From Candidatus Hydrogenedentota bacterium (GTDB lineage: Bacteria > Hydrogenedentota > Hydrogenedentia > Hydrogenedentales > SLHB01), in NCBI GenBank assembly GCA_034408725.1, contig JAWXCN010000232.1:1-19322 (forward strand): 19,322 nt of DNA. Reading direction: 5' to 3'. A model generated the notes under the pieces. The model was not told where the DNA came from. It ran no database searches and saw nothing but the letters and a program-made list of their open reading frames with translations. Within the stretch, counting starts at the first letter, position 1, and every line of letters starts with the position of its first letter. The translations under genes and the position numbers were made by a program. Below, one piece after another: positions 1 to 8,197 of this stretch.

Positions 1-172
1 CGGCGCCGTTACGAGCGGCACTTTTGGTCCAAGCGTGGGGCACGGCGTGGGACTCGCCTATCTCCCCCGCGAACTCGCGGCCGCCGGCACGCAACTAACG
101 GCAGGGCCAAAAGAGTTGGCGATTGAAGTCGCTAAAGTACCGATATACACCGCGGGAACGTGCAGGAGCTAA
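1..172 (+). CDS. gcvT: Glycine cleavage system T protein (aminomethyltransferase), C-terminal fragment; gene begins upstream of the window
   Basis: Not in the ORF track. The frame starting at nt 2 reads GAVTSGTFGPSVGHGVGLAYLPRELAAAGTQLTAGPKELAIEVAKVPIYTAGTCRS-stop (TAA 170-172), matching the VTSG..SP..G.G.GLAY C-terminal motif of GcvT; it lies directly upstream of gcvH. Confidence 0.88.
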   Translation, partial: GAVTSGTFGPSVGHGVGLAYLPRELAAAGTQLTAGPKELAIEVAKVPIYTAGTCRS

Positions 173-184
173 GGAGCGCAAGCC

Positions 185-568
185 ATGTATCCGGAGAATT
201 GCAAATACACGAAGGAACACGAATGGGTCCGCGCCGAAGGCGCCGTGTACGTCGTCGGTATCACCAGTTTCGCCGCGGACCAACTGGGCGACGTCACCTA
301 CGTCGATTTGCCAAAGCCGGGCAAGGAGGTCAAGCAGGGAGACTCGGCTGCCGCGATCGAATCGGTGAAAGCCGCGAGTGACATTTATGCGCCGGTGGGC
401 GGACGTGTAAGCGAGGTGAACGACGCTTTGACCGATGCGCCCGAACTCGTGAACCAGGGTCCCTATGATCAGGGCTGGTTTTTCAAACTCGAAGGCGTGA
501 ATGCCGGTGATTTTGACGCGCTGATGGACGCAAAAGCGTACACCGCCTATGTGGAGGCGCAGCATTAA
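185..568 (+). CDS. gcvH: Glycine cleavage system H protein (lipoyl carrier)
   Basis: 127 aa; YTKEHEWV N-terminus, GITSFAADQLGDV, lipoyl-lysine motif IESVKAASDIYAP, PELVNQGPYDQGW; RBS AAGGAG at 171-176. Confidence 0.97.
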   Translation: MYPENCKYTKEHEWVRAEGAVYVVGITSFAADQLGDVTYVDLPKPGKEVKQGDSAAAIESVKAASDIYAPVGGRVSEVNDALTDAPELVNQGPYDQGWFFKLEGVNAGDFDALMDAKAYTAYVEAQH

Positions 569-1854
569 TGTCCTGGTCTCCAGCAACTGCCGCTGAGCGC
601 GACGAGATGCTCGCCGTCATCGGGCATAAAACTATCGAAGACTTGTTCGCCGCGGTTCCGAATGCGTTTCGGCCAAAATCGTGGGACCTGCCCGCCGGCA
701 TTTCGGAAATGGCAGTGCGCGATCAGTTGGGCAAACTTGCCGCGCAAAATGCATCGGGCCATATCAGCTTTCTGGGCGGCGGCGCGTATGACCATTACAT
801 TCCCGCCGCGATCGACGCGCTGACTTCCCGCGGCGAATTCTACACCGCGTACACCCCGTATCAGCCGGAATGCGCGCAGGGAACCTTGCAGAGTATTTAC
901 GAATACCAATCCGCGATTTGCCGGTTGACAGACATGGAATTTGCCAACGCCTCGCTCTACGACGGCGGCACGGCGGTATTCGAAGCGACGACGATGTCAG
1001 TGCGTCTCACCGGGCGCAGCAGGATAGTCATTCATCCTTCGCTCAACCCTATTTACCGGAAAATGCTGGCCACGCACACCGCACATCTCCAGCTCGATAT
1101 TGTTGAGGGCGAGGACCCGAAAGATGCGGCGTGCGTGATTGTGCAGAACCCAAGTTTCCTTGGCGCCGTCGCTGATTTTTCGAAGCTCGCGGAAAAGTGT
1201 CACGCCGCGGGCGCGATGTTGGTTGTTTCGTTCTATCCCATTTCTCTGGGGATTGTGAAATCACCCGGCGAAATGGGCGCGGACATTTGCATCGCGGAAG
1301 GCCAGTGCATGGGTGTTCCGCTGGCATTTGGCGGGCCGTGGCTTGGCGTCATGGCGACGCGGAAAGCGCATGTCCGGAAAATGCCCGGCAGGATCGCGGC
1401 GGAAACTTCCGACGCGCAGGGGCGCCGCGGTTTCGTACTCACGTTGCAGGCCCGCGAACAACACATCCGCCGCGAGAAAGCTATGTCGAATATCTGCTCG
1501 AACGAGGCGCTCTGCGCGTTGCGCGCATTGATTTATATGTCGCTGATGGGAAAGGAAGGTTTCCGCGATGTCGCGCGCCATTGCCATGCGAAGGCCGAAT
1601 ACCTCAAGTCGAAACTGTCGTTTGTGAAAGTGTTAAACGAAGGACCGACGTTTAACGAGTTCGCAGTGCGACTGCCCCGCAATGCGGAGGAGACGGTTAC
1701 GGCGATGGCGAAATGCGGCTACCTTGCGGGGTTGCCGCTCGCGCCATTGGGCGCTGGCGCCGAAACCGACTTGCTGATCGCTGTAACGGAACGGCGTACC
1801 CGCGCCGATCTCGATGCGTTTGCAGCCGCGTTGGAGGAAGTAACATGCAACTGA
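568..1854 (+). CDS. gcvPA: Glycine dehydrogenase (decarboxylating) subunit 1 (P protein alpha)
   Basis: 428 aa; FLGGGAYDHYIP, EFYTAYTPYQPE.AQG.LQ, NASLYDG, LTLQAREQHIRREKA.SNICSN motifs; TAATG stop/start overlap with gcvH. Confidence 0.96.
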   Translation: MSWSPATAAERDEMLAVIGHKTIEDLFAAVPNAFRPKSWDLPAGISEMAVRDQLGKLAAQNASGHISFLGGGAYDHYIPAAIDALTSRGEFYTAYTPYQPECAQGTLQSIYEYQSAICRLTDMEFANASLYDGGTAVFEATTMSVRLTGRSRIVIHPSLNPIYRKMLATHTAHLQLDIVEGEDPKDAACVIVQNPSFLGAVADFSKLAEKCHAAGAMLVVSFYPISLGIVKSPGEMGADICIAEGQCMGVPLAFGGPWLGVMATRKAHVRKMPGRIAAETSDAQGRRGFVLTLQAREQHIRREKAMSNICSNEALCALRALIYMSLMGKEGFRDVARHCHAKAEYLKSKLSFVKVLNEGPTFNEFAVRLPRNAEETVTAMAKCGYLAGLPLAPLGAGAETDLLIAVTERRTRADLDAFAAALEEVTCN

Positions 1855-3284
1855 TTTTTGAGAAAACCGTTCGAGGGCGCCGCGCGATTACACTCGATCC
1901 GCTGGATGTGCCCGAAGCGAAGTTGCCTGAATTGGTATCGCGCGCGAAAACGGCGGAATTGCCGGAGCTCGCGGAGATCGACATCATTCGCCATTTCACG
2001 AACCTTTCGCGCCGCAACTTTGGCGTCGATTCGCATTTCTATCCGCTTGGCTCGTGTACGATGAAGTACAATCCGAAGATCGCGGAAGTGGTTGCGGCGT
2101 TACCGGGATTCGGGCAGTTGCATCCGCATTTGTCCACGTCGGAAGCGTACTGGCCATTGTGCCAGGGCGCGTTCGAGTTGATCTACGAGACGGAGCATTG
2201 GCTCGCGGAAATTGCCGGCATGAAGGAGACATGCCTTCAGCCCATTGCCGGCGCGCACGGCGAACTCGCCGGCACGCTGTTGATTGCGGCGTACCATCGC
2301 GAACGCGGTGAATCGAACAAGGACACGATTCTCATTCCCGATTCCGCGCACGGCACGAATCCCGCCAGCGCAGCCATTGCGGGATTCAAGGTCGTCGAAG
2401 TACCATCGCATGACGACGGCACGATGCGGCTCGAGAGCATCAAAGCGGCTATGAATGAAAACGTCGCGGGGTTGATGATGACTTGTCCGAACACTCACGG
2501 ACTATTCGAACCCGCTGTCGCGGAAATTGCCGATTATCTGCACCAGCACGATGCGCTGTTGTATTACGACGGCGCGAACCTGAACGCGATCATCGGGAAA
2601 GCGCGGCCCGGCGATCTTGGCTTCGACGTGATGCACTATAACCTGCACAAAACTTTCGCAACACCACACGGGATGGGAGGTCCGGGTTCTGGCCCGGTGG
2701 GCGTCGGCGAACGTCTGGCAAAATATCTTCCCGGTCCGCGCGTGGTGAAACGGCATGGCGCGTTCGCGCTCGAAATGCCGGAGAAATCGATTGGCCGGTT
2801 GTCACAATTTTTCGGAAACTTCGGCATGGCCGTGCGCGCGCTAGCCTATATGAAACACCTCGGGCGGGATGGATTGTGCGAAGTCGCCGAGAACGCCGTA
2901 CTGAACGCGAATTATATCTGGGCGCGGTTGAAGGACACGTATACTCCCGCGTTCGATTTGCCGTTCATGCATGAATGCGTGTTTACCGCCGCGCCACAGG
3001 CAAAGAATGGGGCGCGCGCGCTGGACATTGCGAAAGCGCTGCTTGACTACGGGTTCCACGCGCCAACGGTGTACTTTCCGCTGACGGTGAAAGAAAGCAT
3101 CATGATCGAACCGACCGAGACGGAATCACGCGAAACGCTCGACGCATTTTGCGATGCCATGATCGAGATCGCGAAGACCATCGAATCCGATCCCGCCGCG
3201 CTTGCCGATGCGCCGAAGACGACGCCGGTCGGACGCCTGGATGAAGTAAAGGCCGCGCGTCAATTGAACTGCGCGTGTCTGTAA
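1845..3284 (+). CDS. gcvPB: Glycine dehydrogenase (decarboxylating) subunit 2 (P protein beta, PLP-binding)
   Basis: Start moved from 1713 to ATG 1845 (MQLIFEK..., preceded by GGAGG, overlaps the gcvPA end), 479 aa. Motifs YPLGSCTMKYNP, PDSAHGTNPASA, YYDGANLNA, PLP-lysine HYNLHKTFATPHG.GGPGSGP, MIEPTETES. Confidence 0.96.
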   Translation: MQLIFEKTVRGRRAITLDPLDVPEAKLPELVSRAKTAELPELAEIDIIRHFTNLSRRNFGVDSHFYPLGSCTMKYNPKIAEVVAALPGFGQLHPHLSTSEAYWPLCQGAFELIYETEHWLAEIAGMKETCLQPIAGAHGELAGTLLIAAYHRERGESNKDTILIPDSAHGTNPASAAIAGFKVVEVPSHDDGTMRLESIKAAMNENVAGLMMTCPNTHGLFEPAVAEIADYLHQHDALLYYDGANLNAIIGKARPGDLGFDVMHYNLHKTFATPHGMGGPGSGPVGVGERLAKYLPGPRVVKRHGAFALEMPEKSIGRLSQFFGNFGMAVRALAYMKHLGRDGLCEVAENAVLNANYIWARLKDTYTPAFDLPFMHECVFTAAPQAKNGARALDIAKALLDYGFHAPTVYFPLTVKESIMIEPTETESRETLDAFCDAMIEIAKTIESDPAALADAPKTTPVGRLDEVKAARQLNCACL

Positions 3285-3303
3285 CAAAAGGAAGCAGAAG
3301 GCC

Positions 3304-4170
3304 ATGATCGATAAGGTTGTATCGCGGCGCTCCGCCATGGCGACAGCCACGGGGCTTGCGGCGGGGCTCGGATTGACACAGGGCGCACCCGCACAACAGG
3401 CCGCGGAACCATTGAAGGGCCGTCTCAAACAATCGGTGTGCAAGTGGTGTTACAAGGACCTTTCGCTTGACGAGTTGTGCAAAGCGGCCGCGGACATCGG
3501 CCTGAAATCCGTCGAGTTGCTTGGGCCGGACGATTGGCCCGTAGTGAAGAAGCATGGACTGATCTGCGCGATGTGCAGCGGCCCGGATTCGATCAGCGAT
3601 GGTTGGAATGATCCGAAGCTGCACGATGGTTTTGTCGCCAAAGCAGAAGAACTGTTGCCGATCATCGCGGGACACGGATTTCCGAACATGATCGTGTTTA
3701 GTGGAAACCGCCGGGGCATGAGCGACGAGGACGGCCTGAAAAACTGCGCAATGGGCTTGAAGCGCATTACGCCGCTCGCTGAAAAACTTGGCGTGACCAT
3801 TTGCATGGAACTGCTCAACAGCAAGCGCGACCACAAGGACTACATGTGTGACCACACGCCGTGGGGCGTCGAATTGGTCAAACAGGTCGGCTCGGAGCAC
3901 TTCAAGTTGCTGTACGACATTTACCACATGCAGATCATGGAAGGCGACGTGATCGCCACCATCCGCGAGAACAAGGACCATATCGCCCACTACCACACGG
4001 GCGGTGTGCCGGGCCGTCACGAGATCGACGAAACGCAAGAGTTGCAGTACGCGACGATCTGCCAGGCGATTGTGGATACCGGTTTCGAGGGCTACCTCGC
4101 GCAGGAATTCATTCCTGAACGCGATCCGGTTGCCTCGCTCGCACAGGCCGCGCGCATCTGCGACGTGTGA
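3304..4170 (+). CDS. Hydroxypyruvate isomerase-like (Hyi / xylose isomerase-like TIM barrel) protein with a Tat-like signal peptide
   Basis: 288 aa; N-terminal SRRSAM, Ala/Gly-rich h-region and QGAPA end; Hyi-family motifs MELLNS, LLYDIYHMQIMEGD, HYHTGGVPGRHE, QEFIP. Substrate not assignable from sequence. Confidence 0.85.
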   Translation: MIDKVVSRRSAMATATGLAAGLGLTQGAPAQQAAEPLKGRLKQSVCKWCYKDLSLDELCKAAADIGLKSVELLGPDDWPVVKKHGLICAMCSGPDSISDGWNDPKLHDGFVAKAEELLPIIAGHGFPNMIVFSGNRRGMSDEDGLKNCAMGLKRITPLAEKLGVTICMELLNSKRDHKDYMCDHTPWGVELVKQVGSEHFKLLYDIYHMQIMEGDVIATIRENKDHIAHYHTGGVPGRHEIDETQELQYATICQAIVDTGFEGYLAQEFIPERDPVASLAQAARICDV

Positions 4171-4206
4171 TAATAATGAACGAAACGGCGTGGAGTGGCC
4201 TAAGTG

Positions 4207-4235
4207 AAAGCGGTAGCTCGGCAACCGCGCTCCAA
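4207..4235. repeat. REP-like imperfect palindrome in the convergent spacer
   Basis: The minus strand reads TTGGAG-C-GCGGTTGC-CGA-GCTACCGC-TTT: a GGAG tetranucleotide followed by an imperfect palindrome, which is REP-type architecture. A TGGAGTG remnant at 4191-4197 is complementary to its end. Confidence 0.5.
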
Positions 4236-4242
4236 GGCGCAG

Positions 4243-6465
4243 TTATGCAGGGGCGTTGATTGCACGGAGGATCGACCCGCCTTCGATGTAGACACTTTCG
4301 CGGGCCGTGTCGCCGTCCAGTTCGCAATCAATTCGAGAATGGGGGTGGATGAAATTTAATTCGCCGGGATAGTCTTGGAGTTGCCCGCCATCGTTTGCAT
4401 TCAGTACCACCATTTTTTCCGGTTTCGTTTTCAGCGCAATGATTTGACCTAGCGCAGGGTCATTGTAAATTGCGGGTGGCGCCAGCACGGTGCCGGCAAC
4501 ATTCACGTTCCAGACAATGTTTCCCATCGGATCGATTAGCGCAATTTCACGCGCGGGACTTCCGCTGACGACGACAACATCATGCCGCATGTCCCCGTTG
4601 CGGTCTGCGAGGGCCGTATATGCAACAGGCGCGGCATGCTGCGTGCTCCACAGTTCCCTGCTATCGGACCCCAAAACGGAAACGCGCCCGTCTTCGAGTC
4701 CAACGGCCAGTTCCTCTCCGCGTTTTGGATTCAAATTCGCGAACACCGGCGCACACGAAGCCGGGCTTCTTAGTTCGCGCCGCCAAGATTCCGTACCGGA
4801 TTGATCCAGCAATATGAGGGCCGTATCGCTGATTGCGGCAACGACTCGCTGGCCGTTCCAATAGCGGCCAATCGCGGGGGAGAATGAGAACCCGCTTCGC
4901 GATGATTCCCACGCGACGCCACCACCCGCATTGACACATAGCAAGGCGCCCGCGGCAGTAACGCCAAGAATCTCATCACGGCCGTCGCTGTCTATGTCAC
5001 CGGCGACAAATGGGAGATTGAGCGCGACATAACATTCCAGTTTCCACAATGTAAGCGGCAACACCTCGACTGAAAAATCGCGCGCCACCGGCGCGACGCC
5101 CGGCGCGGCGAAGACCATGCGCGCCGAGAGCGCGTCGCCGGCTTTGGCGTTGGCGGATAGCGTGCCGCGTGCGGAATAGCGCTGGCCGGGTTCCAGCGTG
5201 AGTGTTTGCGCTTTTGGCTGGATCGATGCGCGGCCGGGAGGCACGATCATAAGCGAGCCCTCAAGTCTTGCGTTGGTTGCATTCGACCAGCCGAAACGGA
5301 TGGGAGTCGTCGTTGCGCCTGCTACGACTGCGACCTCCGGTTCCAGCCATAGCGCGGCGGACAATACCCAGTCGCGCAACGGCAACTCTTCTATCAATAT
5401 GGGAAATGTTGAAGGCTCCACGCGAAGCGCATTGTTCACCGCGAGAATTTCTTTGCGTTCGCCTGATGCGAGGTTTGTTGCGAACACCGGCGCTGTTCTC
5501 TCAGAAAGCACAAGCGGACTCGAGAGCCCATCAAGCGCGACAATGGCTGCGCCGGTCTCATTTCGCAGCACATGGATATGTTGTCCATCACGTTCGAGCG
5601 TGCCAATGCGCTGGAGCGCGTCGATGGGCGTCGCGGTCGAGAGCTGCTCCGGAGAATCCGCATCGACCCATGTGTACATCGCCGAGTCCAGTTTTGAGGT
5701 GATTCCCGCAAGCCCATTGCCCTGCGAAAGAACGGCGGTCGCGCCGTCCATCCATGACGCCCACGCAACATCGCCCAGCCGCATGCGTGCCGCGTGATCA
5801 ATGGAAGACGTTGATACATCGCCATGCACGAAAAGCAGGGTGTGCGCCATCGACGACTGGCGCGCGTGCGCCATGAATCCATCGAGCCACGCCCACCATA
5901 GCGGCGTTACGGTCGCGCCGTTGAAGTACACACCGCGCAAACACCTCGGAAATGTCCGCTCAATCGTGTCTGCCATTTCGCGGCCAAGTTCGCGCGCCTT
6001 TGCGCCCAGCGCGAAGGGCGACACGGGAACATCGTCATACAGGTTGGAATCTCCATCAAGGCTCGTGCCGCGCGCTGTCAGGTTTATGACAATGCCTTGC
6101 ACCTCGAGGGCGGTTGCGCGCGCGGCGGCGGCGCCCAACAATTCGACGGCGGCAGAAAATGCCCCGTCGTCTGTGAGTAGCGCCGTTTTAGCGGACAGGT
6201 CTACTTCGAGAAATGCGGGCTGGACCGCAAGGCGACGCAGGTTTCGAGCGATCGCTTCCAGCGAAGTTGCTTGCGCGGGGATGATCACACCGTGCGCGCC
6301 ACGCGCGGTGAATCGTGCGAGCGCTTCAGGATCAGTTAGCTGCTCCGCCGGAATGCGGGCGATGAGCTGCGCAGTGGAAAACACCGGCGGCGCTGTCTCG
6401 CCCCGCATCGCGAGTATGAGCAGCGCCGCCGCAATCATTGTGTTTCGCATTAGCCTCGCCCGCAT
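4243..6465 (-). CDS. Secreted multidomain protein of unknown function (possible TIM-barrel-like N-domain, Ig-like middle domain, C-terminal FG-GAP/PQQ-like beta-propeller)
   Basis: 740-aa ORF; hydrophobic signal (MIAAALLILAMRG); beta-rich segment TTPIRFGWSNATNARLEGSLMIVPPG..TLTLEPGQ; repeats GDIDSDGRDEIL, ANLNPKRGEEL, ADRNGDMRHDVV alternating with D.xG...W blade motifs. The start could be 6465 or 6450. Confidence 0.75.
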   Translation of the reverse strand: MRARLMRNTMIAAALLILAMRGETAPPVFSTAQLIARIPAEQLTDPEALARFTARGAHGVIIPAQATSLEAIARNLRRLAVQPAFLEVDLSAKTALLTDDGAFSAAVELLGAAAARATALEVQGIVINLTARGTSLDGDSNLYDDVPVSPFALGAKARELGREMADTIERTFPRCLRGVYFNGATVTPLWWAWLDGFMAHARQSSMAHTLLFVHGDVSTSSIDHAARMRLGDVAWASWMDGATAVLSQGNGLAGITSKLDSAMYTWVDADSPEQLSTATPIDALQRIGTLERDGQHIHVLRNETGAAIVALDGLSSPLVLSERTAPVFATNLASGERKEILAVNNALRVEPSTFPILIEELPLRDWVLSAALWLEPEVAVVAGATTTPIRFGWSNATNARLEGSLMIVPPGRASIQPKAQTLTLEPGQRYSARGTLSANAKAGDALSARMVFAAPGVAPVARDFSVEVLPLTLWKLECYVALNLPFVAGDIDSDGRDEILGVTAAGALLCVNAGGGVAWESSRSGFSFSPAIGRYWNGQRVVAAISDTALILLDQSGTESWRRELRSPASCAPVFANLNPKRGEELAVGLEDGRVSVLGSDSRELWSTQHAAPVAYTALADRNGDMRHDVVVVSGSPAREIALIDPMGNIVWNVNVAGTVLAPPAIYNDPALGQIIALKTKPEKMVVLNANDGGQLQDYPGELNFIHPHSRIDCELDGDTARESVYIEGGSILRAINAPA

Positions 6466-6471
6466 GACCCC

Positions 6472-6500
6472 ATTGTATAGCAGGCGGAAGCTTTCGTTAA
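6472..6500 (-). promoter_or_regulatory. Putative sigma70-type promoter of the secreted-protein gene
   Basis: Minus strand TTAACG (6500-6495), 17-bp spacer, TACAAT (6477-6472); only 6 nt separate the -10 box from ATG 6465. Confidence 0.5.
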
Positions 6501-6520
6501 TGCGATGGATTCAATTGTTC

Positions 6521-6560
6521 GCAGGGCGCGTGACCCGCCCCATTGGGTCGCGCCCCGTGC
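6521..6560. terminator. GC-rich imperfect hairpin downstream of the cold-shock gene (possible terminator or stabiliser)
   Basis: GGGC-GCGTGACCC ... GGGTCGCGC-CCC imperfect stem starting 15 nt after the csp stop; no clear U-tract. Confidence 0.35.
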
Positions 6561-6575
6561 CGCATTCCGCGTGGA

Positions 6576-6791
6576 TTACGGTCGCGACACGTTCACGGCT
6601 TGAAGGCCCTTTGGGCTCTCCAGCAACTCGAATTCCACTTCTTCCCCTTCCCTGAGCGTCCGGAAGCCTTCCATCTTGATTGCGCTGTGATGCACGAAGA
6701 CGTCCGCACTGTCGTCACGCGTGATGAAGCCATAACCTTTTTGATCATTGAACCACTTCACGCGCCCCTTGAGATGTCCATTACCACTCAT
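6576..6791 (-). CDS. Cold-shock domain protein (CspA family)
   Basis: Start moved to ATG 6791 (GAGGGA RBS upstream), 71 aa: [15 protein letters not shown] (RNP1), DVFVHHSAI (RNP2), [21 protein letters not shown]. Confidence 0.96.
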   Translation of the reverse strand: MSGNGHLKGRVKWFNDQKGYGFITRDDSADVFVHHSAIKMEGFRTLREGEEVEFELLESPKGLQAVNVSRP

Positions 6792-6888
6792 ACAACTTTC
6801 CCTCACTGATAAGACACCACACCCACACTGCAAGTCCAGACGAAAACGACGGCGCTTTCGCCCCTCCACGAACCTGCCTGCAAATTCT

Positions 6889-6917
6889 AGAATATCCCGA
6901 AATGCGCAATCTGTCAA
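6889..6917 (-). promoter_or_regulatory. Sigma70-type promoter of the cold-shock gene
   Basis: Perfect TTGACA (6917-6912), 17-bp spacer, TATTCT (6894-6889); implies a 5' UTR of about 90 nt. Confidence 0.7.
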
Positions 6918-7013
6918 TGCCTCGTAAGCTAAACAAGATGCTCTAAGTGTCGAAATGAGGAAGTTTAGTGTGAAAATGCGAAAAATGCGGAGAAGAGGTG
7001 AAGCCGGTACCGA

Positions 7014-8075
7014 CTACCGCTTTTTGGAAAAAAGGGCGGTAATGGCGGCAATTAGCCGCGCAAGAAGCGTGCGTTGGCCCGGAGCTGGCGCCGCGGGTAA
7101 CGGTGTCGGGTCTCCGCCGGAAACCGGCAATGGCGTCTGCTGCTGGACCAGTTCTTCTTCGGAGCCCGGAATGGCGACGCCGGTCGACGATTTATAAAGT
7201 TGGGCAAGCGCCTGCCGGAACTCCCGGGCGTCCTGGTACCGCTGCGCCGGGTCCTTGGCTAACGCCTTTGCGACAAATGCGTTCGCTTCGCTGGTAAGTT
7301 CCGGGACCAGGTCAGTGATTTTTTGATCGCCCTTCGGTAACTGACCCGTGAGCAGCTCATAAAACATCACGCCCAGCGAATAAATATCGGCGCGTTTGTC
7401 GACTTCCGCGGCGCTCATGCGCTGTTCCGGCGCCATATATTGCTGTTTGCCAAGACTGACGCCGATCATCGTGAACTGGGACTCGACATTGGTGAGCTTG
7501 GCCAGCCCAAAATCGAGCAGTTTGATGTTGCCGTTTGCGAGCACCATGACGTTGTCGGGCGATAAATCCCGGTGAATGGTGTATTTATGCGCGTGTTCGA
7601 GCGCGTGGCAAAGCAGGCTCAGAATGCGGACGACGGAACCGAGGCCGAGCTTTCCCTTTTTCTTCATCCATTTATAGAGGCTCGTACCGTCAACGTATTC
7701 CATCGTGTAATACAGCATCGAGCCGACTTGTTGCGCGTCGAAGATGCGCACGATGCACGGATGATCGAGCTGGCGCACCGCACTCACTTCGCGTACAAAC
7801 CGTTTCACGGCGTGGCTGCTGGAAAGATATTGAGGCAGCAAGGTTTTCAGCGCCATGGGCTGTTTCAATTCGCGGTCCCACACCAGGTAGACCATGCCCA
7901 TGCCGCCGCGCCCAAGCATCTTCTGCACTTCGTACCGGTTAGCAATGAGGTCGCCCGGCTTAAAGCCTGCCGTGAGTTTTTTGAGGGTTTCTTTATCAGG
8001 ATGGGTGGTCGAATAACTGGGATGAGTGGGCACACCGGCAGTACCGCTCGTCTCAGGCTTGGTTTGGTCGCTCAC
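7014..8075 (-). CDS. Hanks-type Ser/Thr protein kinase, soluble, without a sensor domain
   Basis: Probable GTG start at 8075 with AAAGGGG RBS, 353 aa. Subdomains LGRGGMGMVY, MALK, RFVRE, HRDLSPDN, DFGLAK, YMAPEQ, DIYSLG, RYQ; Pro-rich linker and an amphipathic basic C-terminus. Confidence 0.92.
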   Translation of the reverse strand: MSDQTKPETSGTAGVPTHPSYSTTHPDKETLKKLTAGFKPGDLIANRYEVQKMLGRGGMGMVYLVWDRELKQPMALKTLLPQYLSSSHAVKRFVREVSAVRQLDHPCIVRIFDAQQVGSMLYYTMEYVDGTSLYKWMKKKGKLGLGSVVRILSLLCHALEHAHKYTIHRDLSPDNVMVLANGNIKLLDFGLAKLTNVESQFTMIGVSLGKQQYMAPEQRMSAAEVDKRADIYSLGVMFYELLTGQLPKGDQKITDLVPELTSEANAFVAKALAKDPAQRYQDAREFRQALAQLYKSSTGVAIPGSEEELVQQQTPLPVSGGDPTPLPAAPAPGQRTLLARLIAAITALFSKKR

Positions 8076-8113
8076 AGTGCCACCCCTTTGCGCCGCCGGT
8101 GTGTACGCGGAGC

Positions 8114-8122
8114 ATTCTAGCA
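8114..8122 (-). promoter_or_regulatory. Putative extended -10 promoter for the kinase gene
   Basis: Minus strand TG-C-TAGAAT, 38 nt upstream of GTG 8075; no good -35 box seen. Confidence 0.45.
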
Positions 8123-8197
8123 CACTTCCGCGGATTAAAGTGAGAAAGTGTGAAGAGTTGACGTAGTGCTAAAGGCGCGACCAGGGAAGCGAGAGAG

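Noticed and set aside
1..184. Glycine riboswitch for the gcv operon
   Set aside because: This stretch is gcvT coding sequence; any riboswitch would lie upstream of the window.
1713..1844. Longer N-terminus for gcvPB (likewise track starts for csp 6917, kinase 8123, dut 8707, pnp 12424, pgk 14124)
   Set aside because: The extensions overlap upstream genes, promoters or repeats and lack family similarity; the downstream starts fit the family N-termini and, except for pgk, have an RBS.
3100..4224. 374-aa minus-strand ORF (similarly 16869-18140, 12748-13704, 5801-6655, 11678-12391)
   Set aside because: Antisense shadows of well-supported genes, as expected in GC-rich DNA.
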